The notes beneath the pieces are model-generated. The model saw only the letters and a program-made list of their open reading frames with translations, was not told where the DNA came from and searched no databases. From positions 128,001-192,000 of the IMG/VR virus record IMGVR_UViG_3300045988_174371: a stretch of DNA of 64,000 nucleotides. The stretch is one strand, 5' to 3'. The position numbers and the translations under genes were made by a program. Source of the DNA: a virus. Shown here piece by piece: positions 25,909 to 32,429 of the stretch; position 1 is the first letter of the stretch; each line of letters begins with the position of its first letter.

Positions 25909-25963
25909 GAAGAAGGAGCCTCTGGTTTCCCGTGTTTGTGCGGGTTGCCAGGGGCTCCTTCTT
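25909..25963. terminator. bidirectional hairpin between convergent ORFs
   Basis: gaagaaggagcctctgg pairs with ccaggggctccttctt. Confidence 0.55.
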
Positions 25964-25978
25964 GTGTTTGGGGGGGGG

Positions 25979-26803
25979 TTATTCTTCGTAGTCGGGGTGG
26001 TTGGTGATGGTGTTGATGTGGTGGTGGGTTTGGTTGGCTAGGTTGGTGTGTCCTTCTTTGGTTGCGATGTCGTGTACGGTGGTGAGGTAGTCTTTGGTGC
26101 GCCAGAGGATTTCGCTGTCGGATACCCAGTGCATTTCGCCTTCGATTGCGTAGTAGTCGGAGATGTTTTGCCAGAGGGAGGTTAGTTCTTCTTCGAGGGT
26201 TTCTTGGTGTTTGGGGTTGTTTAGGAGGGTGTGGTATTCGGGGTGGGTGAGGGTTTCGTGGAGTGCTAGTGCGGTTTCGGGGGTGAGGGGTGCGGTTTCG
26301 CTTTCGGGGATGTTGAAGGTTTCGGGTAGGGGGTTGGTGTAGGTGAGGGTTGCGTTGAGGACTGCCCAGATGTTGTAGCCGTCTAGGAGGGTGGTGTATT
26401 CGTTGGGTTCGTCGGGGATTGCGCGGGTTGCGTCTCCGTTGAGGGTGTGGGCGATGCTGATGTCGTGGTAGTGTTCGGTGCTGTGCCAGATGGTGATGTC
26501 GCCGTCGTTTTCGATGGCATAGTAGATGGGGGTGGGGGTGTCTTTGCGGGTGCCGATGTTTACGGCTTTGAGCTCTTCGAGGTCGGGGGTGGTGAGTTGT
26601 CCGTTGGTGCGGGTGATGTTGATGGTGTGGGGTGCGTTGAAGCTTGCATGGCGGAGGGTTGCGGTGGCGTGGTTGGTGTCGGTTACCTGGTCGATGGCGT
26701 AGATTGCCATGCGGTCGTCGGTCTCTTCGTTGGTGGGGGTGAAGAGGATTCCGTCGTTGGTGTTGAGGGTTTCCCAGTAGAGGAAGGGGGTGATGGTTCG
26801 CAT
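25979..26803 (-). CDS. hypothetical T/N/H/P/E-rich protein (274 aa)
   Basis: ATG behind GAAAGAGAG. Promoter at 26907-26936. It is encoded on the A/C-rich strand. Confidence 0.6.
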   Translation of the reverse strand: MRTITPFLYWETLNTNDGILFTPTNEETDDRMAIYAIDQVTDTNHATATLRHASFNAPHTINITRTNGQLTTPDLEELKAVNIGTRKDTPTPIYYAIENDGDITIWHSTEHYHDISIAHTLNGDATRAIPDEPNEYTTLLDGYNIWAVLNATLTYTNPLPETFNIPESETAPLTPETALALHETLTHPEYHTLLNNPKHQETLEEELTSLWQNISDYYAIEGEMHWVSDSEILWRTKDYLTTVHDIATKEGHTNLANQTHHHINTITNHPDYEE

Positions 26804-26906
26804 TGTTGGTGCTCTCTTTCTGTGTTTAATGATTGGGGGGTAAGCCTTGTGGGGCTTGTTGGGTTAGGTGGTGGGTTGAGGTTTTCTCTCAACTCCTTAT
26901 GTTTAG

Positions 26907-26936
26907 ATTGTACCACATATTTGTGATGTATGCACC
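26907..26936 (-). promoter_or_regulatory. cassette-family promoter
   Basis: GTGCAT, 17 nt, (TGTGG)TACAAT. Confidence 0.5.
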
Positions 26937-27050
26937 TTATGGGGTGTGTTTTAGCTCTCTCTTCTATAGGGGGGGGTGGGGCTTTGCTTCTGCGGTGGCA
27001 TGGTGTAGTGTTGGTGGTGTTATTTCCTTTTGTTTTTGGAGGTTTTCCTG

Positions 27051-28052
27051 ATGATTTACGATGTTTTTTCGGCGCGACCTGGGTTTAAGTTTTTTGGGGT
27101 TGATGATGTTCTTCGTTTGCGGTCTTTGGGGGTTTCTAAGTCGTGGGATGAGGTGTGGGACGCTAAGTGTGTTGATGTTGCTGTTGAGGTGTTGGGGGTT
27201 GATGAGGGGTTTTGTTATGGGCGGCTTGAGGATGCTTTTGGTGAGGGGCGTGATGACTGGGAGTATGAGTGTGATGTACTGGATGGTTTCACGTTGGCTG
27301 ACCTTGAGGCTGAGGGGTTGCCTGCTGGTGAGGTGATGAGGTTGTGGGAGTCTGGTCGCCTTGTTGGGGATGATTTTGGTGGCGAGTTGAGGTTTACTCG
27401 GGCTCAGTTCTGGGGTGGGGTTGGTGTGTCTGAGCTGGTGGTGCATGAGGAGTTTTTTGAGGTGTTGGGAGTGTTCCGGCGTTTGGGTGTTCCGGCGGCG
27501 GATGCGGGTGTTTTCCTGTTTGAGCCTAGGGATAATTATGGCTTCCTGGCTCCAGCTGAGTTGTTGCTGTCTGGGGTTGATGAGTTGCGTGATTTGGTAG
27601 TTGCGGATGCTCATGGGTGTGCTATTGAGCGTAGGGGTGTTGGTGTTGTTGATGAGTGGGTGCGTGCGTCTGTGGGTACTGTTCCTGCGCCGGGTGTGGT
27701 GGTTGGCTTGGTTGGTAAGGGCGTTGATTTTGGTGCTGTTTTTGGTGGGGGTTTTGGTGAGTTCCCTTATGAGGTGGTAGGTAGGGTTGCTGAGGGTTTG
27801 GGTATTCCGGTGAGTGTGTTGATGTGTCGTGTGAAGGGTATGCGTTATGGGTTGGGTCGTCGTAGGGAGGGTACGGGCGGGCTTATGGATGAGTTGGAGG
27901 GTTTTGGTTGGTCTGATGGCTCGATTGCGGAGTTTTTGAGGGTTCCGTCGCCGTGGTTTGGTGTGGTTCCTCCGTTGGAGTATGCGCGCCTTGGTGATGA
28001 GTATGTGGGTGCTGTTGTGGCGGTTGCGAAGTTTATTGATAGCCGCCGGTAG
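27051..28052 (+). CDS. hypothetical G/V/F/E-rich protein (333 aa)
   Basis: ATG at 27051 lies 8 nt after GGAGG. The C-terminal FLRVPSPWFGVVPPLEYARLGDEYVGAVVAV weakly resembles DUF2384-type antitoxin C-domains. That similarity is not verified. Confidence 0.55.
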   Translation: MIYDVFSARPGFKFFGVDDVLRLRSLGVSKSWDEVWDAKCVDVAVEVLGVDEGFCYGRLEDAFGEGRDDWEYECDVLDGFTLADLEAEGLPAGEVMRLWESGRLVGDDFGGELRFTRAQFWGGVGVSELVVHEEFFEVLGVFRRLGVPAADAGVFLFEPRDNYGFLAPAELLLSGVDELRDLVVADAHGCAIERRGVGVVDEWVRASVGTVPAPGVVVGLVGKGVDFGAVFGGGFGEFPYEVVGRVAEGLGIPVSVLMCRVKGMRYGLGRRREGTGGLMDELEGFGWSDGSIAEFLRVPSPWFGVVPPLEYARLGDEYVGAVVAVAKFIDSRR

Positions 28053-28186
28053 ACGATGGCTATTTGTGGGGCTGGTGTATGGTTCTAGGAGCCGTGCGCC
28101 AGCCTTCCTTTTGTGCTTTATGCGGGTGTGATTAGTCCCCCGGTGTGCCTGCGTGTGCTGGTTGCCGGGGGACTATTTTGGTGGTG

Positions 28187-28849
28187 TTATTGGGTTTTAG
28201 CGGTGTTGATGATTTCTATGTTCGGTTCATTGGTGGTGGCTTTCTGGATGAGTAGGGTGCGGTTGAGGGCTTTGAGGAAGTGTTTGTGTTCTGGTTGGGT
28301 GATGGCTTGTGTGATGGGTGTTTTGTGGTTGGTGGGTGTGATGGTTATTTCGGTGTGTAGGTTGGTTTCTATGGGGTGGGTGATGGTGATGGAGTGGTCG
28401 GATTGGGGGTTGGTGTGAATGTATCCTCTTGTTAGGCTTGTGGGTTTGGTGTTGGGGCTGGTTGCAGGGGTGTGGTAGGTGTTTTCATGGATGGTGGCGG
28501 TCTTGTGGTGTTGTTGGGCGAGGTGGGCTACTGTTTCGAAGTTGGCGTTGGTGTGGTAGCAGGAGAGGGTTAGGGAGTAGGGTGCTCCGTCGAGGTCAAG
28601 GTTTAGGCTCCAATGGCTCATGTCGAATCCGAGTTGGTGGAGCTTATATTTGAGGGTGAGTCCTTTGATGCCCATGCGTTTAAACGCCTGGTTGTTGCGT
28701 TTCTTGAGTGTGGCGGGGTGTTCGATGATGTCGCCGTGTGGGGTGACTGCGAAGGTGTCGGGGGTTAGTTCGAGGGGGTCTCCTATGTTCATGTAGGCTA
28801 CTGCTATTTTGTCGCCCTTTTCTAGTTTGGTGTTGGGGTTGGCGTTCAT
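28187..28849 (-). CDS. hypothetical protein, paralogue of 29643..30350 (220 aa)
   Basis: Shares the R(N)N..(F/L)KR(M/L)GIKGL.LK.KL..LGFDMS.W core with its paralogue. The C-terminal half is T/H/N/P-rich. Confidence 0.6.
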   Translation of the reverse strand: MNANPNTKLEKGDKIAVAYMNIGDPLELTPDTFAVTPHGDIIEHPATLKKRNNQAFKRMGIKGLTLKYKLHQLGFDMSHWSLNLDLDGAPYSLTLSCYHTNANFETVAHLAQQHHKTATIHENTYHTPATSPNTKPTSLTRGYIHTNPQSDHSITITHPIETNLHTEITITPTNHKTPITQAITQPEHKHFLKALNRTLLIQKATTNEPNIEIINTAKTQ

Positions 28850-28908
28850 TTGAGTATTCCTTTCTTAGGGGCTGGTTAGGTGTTTGCCGTTTGGGGTATC
28901 TATGTGTA

Positions 28909-29592
28909 CTAGAAGCAGTCGGAGATGTCGTAGGGGTCTTCCCCTGCCGCGTTTTCCAGGTACACGCCCTGAGAGATTAGTGCCTTTGCCTCTCTAATGT
29001 TTTCGCTATCCTTTCCGAATAGGTGTTCTAGCACGTCTGAGCTGTTGCTAATAATTGTGACTGGCACTGGTTCTAGTAGGCTCTCTGCGCCGTGCCTGCG
29101 GATGAGTGTGGGGAGCTCTTGCCATGAGATGCGGTCGCCGTTGAAGTAGATATGTGGTTCTACGTTCAAGTGTTCAGACCATTCTAGCGTATCGGCGTTA
29201 GGGGTCTTGGTTAGGTGTTTGCTGATTGCATAGCACCTGTTTTCAGTGGGTGCTTCGGTTTGCGTACACCACTGGGTGACGTTCTGGTAGACCTTTTGGT
29301 TCGCGGGGATGCCGTTGATGCGAACCTCTGAGTCTGGGTGTGTAGTGAAGAATGCTATGGGGTGCCATTCGCTATCTGCGGGGGTCTGAATGTGTATCCG
29401 TTTCTGCCACCCATTTTCGGATTGTTCGCAGGCATGGATACGTTCCATTAGCTCCTTGATGGTGAGGGTAGGTTCGGTGGCTTGGGCTACTGCGCGTCGC
29501 CATAGGCGCTGTCTGTAGTCTTTCGGGCGTGGCTTCAGCATGAGGTTGATGAGCGGGTTTGACGGGGTGTATTTGTATTCGGGGTATTGCAT
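28909..29592 (-). CDS. hypothetical protein (227 aa)
   Basis: ATG behind AAGGAGAAA. Confidence 0.6.
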   Translation of the reverse strand: MQYPEYKYTPSNPLINLMLKPRPKDYRQRLWRRAVAQATEPTLTIKELMERIHACEQSENGWQKRIHIQTPADSEWHPIAFFTTHPDSEVRINGIPANQKVYQNVTQWCTQTEAPTENRCYAISKHLTKTPNADTLEWSEHLNVEPHIYFNGDRISWQELPTLIRRHGAESLLEPVPVTIISNSSDVLEHLFGKDSENIREAKALISQGVYLENAAGEDPYDISDCF

Positions 29593-29642
29593 CTGTTTTT
29601 CTCCTTAGCGGCGTGTAGGGCGGGGCGATATGGGTGGGGTAG

Positions 29643-30350
29643 TTATCTTTCGTTGATGATGACCCAGCTGTCTTCGTATGGGGGTTCTGGGTCGGTTATT
29701 TTCTGGATGTTTGCGTGTTCTTTGAGGTTGGCGTTTAGGTCTTTGAGAAACCTTTGGTGGTCTTCCTGTTTGAGGGCTGTTTCGAGGGTTGAGTGTGGTG
29801 CTGTGGGTTTGACGACTATCTCGTTAAACAGGCGTGCTCCAGGGGTAAAGGTGATAGTGAGGGATGGTTCGCCGTGCGTGTGGGTGCGAATCTGGTGTTC
29901 GGTGTGGGTTGAGTTGTTGTATGAGGTGTAGGTGTCCTCATAGATTTCTGGGTTTGTGTAGTGCAGGTGGGCGAGGGTGTCTATGATTCCTGCTGTGGTT
30001 TGGGTCGTGTTGGTGTTGAGAATGAGGGCGCAGGGGTGATTGTCGGTATCGAGTTCGATGCGCCAGCGGCTCATGTCGAACCCTAGTTTGCGGAGTTTAT
30101 GCTTGAGGATGAGCCCTTTGATGCCTAGGCGTTTGAGGATGCGGTTATTGCGCGCATTGATAGAGTTAGGCATGACAGGGTGTAGGGGTTCGTCAATTGC
30201 GGTGCCGTTAGGGGCATAGTGTCGTTTGCCGATGCCGTCGAAATAGTAGTCAATGGGGTGTTTCTTGGCGTATTCTACGGCAGTGCCTTTGACATTTACG
30301 TAGATTACTTTCACAGTCTCTTCAGTGTTGGTGTTTTTACGGGGAATCAT
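29643..30350 (-). CDS. hypothetical protein, paralogue of 28187..28849 (235 aa)
   Basis: ATG behind GGAAAGGAA. Confidence 0.6.
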   Translation of the reverse strand: MIPRKNTNTEETVKVIYVNVKGTAVEYAKKHPIDYYFDGIGKRHYAPNGTAIDEPLHPVMPNSINARNNRILKRLGIKGLILKHKLRKLGFDMSRWRIELDTDNHPCALILNTNTTQTTAGIIDTLAHLHYTNPEIYEDTYTSYNNSTHTEHQIRTHTHGEPSLTITFTPGARLFNEIVVKPTAPHSTLETALKQEDHQRFLKDLNANLKEHANIQKITDPEPPYEDSWVIINER

Positions 30351-30390
30351 GGCGTGGACGGTTCCTTTCCTTGGCGGGCTTGTTGGTTCT

Positions 30391-30420
30391 ATTGTAGCAT
30401 TTAGGTAGGCTTTTGGCGGA
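30391..30420 (-). promoter_or_regulatory. possible extended -10 promoter of the 30350-to-28187 operon
   Basis: Minus strand AAATGC-TACAAT. Confidence 0.4.
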
Positions 30421-30499
30421 GGTTCTGTAGGGGTGTTCTGTGATATTCTTATGGTACTTACTTTCCTTGTATTTCCTGGTTGTTGTGGAGGTTTTTCTA

Positions 30500-32143
30500 G
30501 TGGCTGATAGTTCAGTTGCGGCTGGTGTTGGTCGTGTTGGTCGGTCTGTTGTGGAGGGGTTGGCTCCGGGGGTGTTTTCGGGTTCTGGGTCTATTGGTGA
30601 GCTGGAGGATGCGGGGTTCAGTGTTGGGCATTTGGTAGATGGTTTCGTGTTGGCTTCTGGCGTGCCGGTTGAGGGTGGGTCGGTGTTGGAGCGTGCGCGT
30701 GGTGTGCGTGATTTTTCGCAGGTTCCTGTTGCTTTCAGGTCTTTTGTGGCTGAGTGTGCTGGGTATGTCTGGGATGGTTCGGTTGTTTCTTCTGTTGGTG
30801 GGGTGTTCCTGCATGGTGGGTTTTCGTTTGGTGTGACTCCTCGGGCTAGGTGGTCTTTTGGTGGTGTCTCGGGCGTTGATTTTGAGGCTGTTCAGGAGGG
30901 GTTTGTTGTTCCAGCTTCGGGGGTTGGTGTTGGTGAGCTTGCTTCGGCGGTCGGTGTTGAGCTGGGTGGGTTAGTTGCTCCGCCTGGCAGGTTAGGGCTT
31001 GGTGCTGGTATTGGTGAGTTGTCTTCGTTTAGGTTTGATTATGATGGGCGAGGTTCGCGTATGAGTTCGACTGAGGTTTCTAATGCTTTGGCTTTGGAGC
31101 AGGCTTCTTATTGGCTGTCTCGTGTCGGGGAGGTTGATGTTGTTTCTCCGCCGCTGGTTGGGGAGTCGCCGGATGTTGTTGCTGAGCGTTTGAAGCGTGT
31201 TAGGCGTGCTTCTAAGGGGGAGAATGGTGTTGCTCCGCGCCTGATGGGTTCACGTCGTGAGGTTGAGATTATGGGGTTCATTGGACTATTTGGCTGGGTG
31301 GACGTTCGCGCTGTAATGCTGTTGCTGGGTGTTTCTACTAGAGTTACTGCGTTGAAGTATTTGAAGGGTTTGCAGGGGCGCGGGTGCCTGGATGCAGTGG
31401 ATGTGCCTGGGCTCGGGCATAGGGTTTGGGTTGGTACCCGTGTCGGGTTGGATGAGTTCGGAATTGGCGGCGCTACGGTTTCTCGTAAGACTTTGGGCAA
31501 CAGCGAGTTTAAGCATAGGGTGTTGGTGAACTATGTGGGCGCTATGCTGGTGAACGGTTCGGTTGATGTTTTGGGCTTGGGTGGGCTTGTCTCTGGTGGT
31601 CGTCTGGTTGGCGGGCAGGTTTCGCGTGGCTTTTCTGTTATTCCTGACCGCGTGATTGACAGTGCAATTCAGGGCATGTTTAGAGGGCGTGCTGGGTATG
31701 ATGTGCGTGATGTGCTACTTGCCCGACGTGGTGAGGTGTTGCGCGAGTGGCGTGTTGCTGGTGGCGAAGGTGTTTCGCCTGAATGTTATGGCGGCAATGA
31801 GTGGATGTGGGCTGTTATGAGCGGCGCTTCGGAGGGCAAGTACCATGTGCCAGATATTGTGTGCATGATTCCTCGTGGTGAGAATGGTGAGCCGCGCAGT
31901 GTTGCCGTTGAGGTGGAGCGCGGGTTTGGCAAGAAGCCCGGCAACCTGGAGAAGATTCTGAGCCAGTATAAGGATGATAGGAGCGTTTTTGGGATGGTGG
32001 TGTGGTTGTGCACTGATGACCGTATGGTGATGAGAGTGAATGAGTGGGCGGAGGCGAACGGGTGTGCTGAGCGTATTCGCGCTGTTCGTTTGTGTCGCCC
32101 TGATGGGTCGGTGTTTGAGGGTATCTCGTCGTTTGAGTTTTAG
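30500..32143 (+). CDS. replication-relaxation (Replic_Relax-like) family protein; candidate relaxase/Rep (547 aa)
   Basis: wHTH-like segment EIMGFIGLFGWVDVRAVMLLLGVSTRVTALKYLKGLQGRGCL, FKHRVLVNY, and KYHVPDIV...SVAVEVERG...LEKILSQY. Recognised from memory, not searched. Start moved to GTG 30500, 8 nt after GGAGG. The N-terminal about 200 aa are a G/V/S-rich low-complexity region. Confidence 0.55.
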   Translation: MADSSVAAGVGRVGRSVVEGLAPGVFSGSGSIGELEDAGFSVGHLVDGFVLASGVPVEGGSVLERARGVRDFSQVPVAFRSFVAECAGYVWDGSVVSSVGGVFLHGGFSFGVTPRARWSFGGVSGVDFEAVQEGFVVPASGVGVGELASAVGVELGGLVAPPGRLGLGAGIGELSSFRFDYDGRGSRMSSTEVSNALALEQASYWLSRVGEVDVVSPPLVGESPDVVAERLKRVRRASKGENGVAPRLMGSRREVEIMGFIGLFGWVDVRAVMLLLGVSTRVTALKYLKGLQGRGCLDAVDVPGLGHRVWVGTRVGLDEFGIGGATVSRKTLGNSEFKHRVLVNYVGAMLVNGSVDVLGLGGLVSGGRLVGGQVSRGFSVIPDRVIDSAIQGMFRGRAGYDVRDVLLARRGEVLREWRVAGGEGVSPECYGGNEWMWAVMSGASEGKYHVPDIVCMIPRGENGEPRSVAVEVERGFGKKPGNLEKILSQYKDDRSVFGMVVWLCTDDRMVMRVNEWAEANGCAERIRAVRLCRPDGSVFEGISSFEF

Positions 32144-32158
32144 TGTGTCGAGGTAAAC

Positions 32159-32209
32159 AAAAAAGCGAAGCCCTGAACCATTGATGAAGGTTCAGGGCTT
32201 CGCTTTTTT
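32159..32209. terminator. bidirectional intrinsic terminator with A/T tracts
   Basis: aaaaaagcgaagccctgaacc pairs with ggttcagggcttcgctttttt. Confidence 0.75.
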
Positions 32210-32368
32210 GTTTTGGGTGCAATGCCTCAATGTCCTTAGGGTTTGGCGCTCGAATCCTTACCCATTGGGAGCCTGCCTAGTGGCGCTGGTGAGGTTTTAA
32301 TTGTCTTTGTTGGTATATCAGAGGTTACTGAATTTCAAGGCGGCTTAGAGGGGTGTTTTGGGGCGCGT

Positions 32369-32419
32369 GTAAAGGTGGTATCCATACCAAATTTTGGTTA
32401 GAGTGGATACCACCTTTAC
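32369..32419 (-). terminator. hairpin terminator of 32430..33989
   Basis: gtaaaggtggtatcca pairs with tggataccacctttac. Confidence 0.6.
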
Positions 32420-32429
32420 TTATGAGGTG

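Larger units (their letters stand above)
16500..32150. other. mirror-symmetric keto/amino strand-composition domain (switch at 23.40-23.57 kb)
   Basis: Hand counts of single 60-nt lines. Plus-strand A+C: 32/60 at 12.0 kb, 39/60 at 16.8 kb, 46/60 at 20.1 kb, 54/60 at 22.86 kb. Plus-strand G+T: 56/60 at 25.02 kb, 48/60 at 27.6 kb, 45/60 at 30.0 kb, 39/60 at 31.8 kb, 33/60 at 33.0 kb. Confidence 0.85.

Noticed and set aside
20000-32150. Diversity-generating retroelement or other targeted hypermutation of a variable repeat.
   Set aside because: No reverse transcriptase or template/variable repeat pair is visible. The bias affects both A and C, all codon positions and non-coding DNA, and it spans about 15 kb and many genes.
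16500-32150. The skew might be a sequencing or chemical-conversion artefact, such as deamination damage or a chimeric read.
   Set aside because: The gradient is smooth and two-sided. The ORFs, SD sites, promoters and terminator hairpins inside it remain intact and in frame, and the paralogue keeps an identical length. This fits evolved sequence better than random damage. Read-level confirmation is still advisable.
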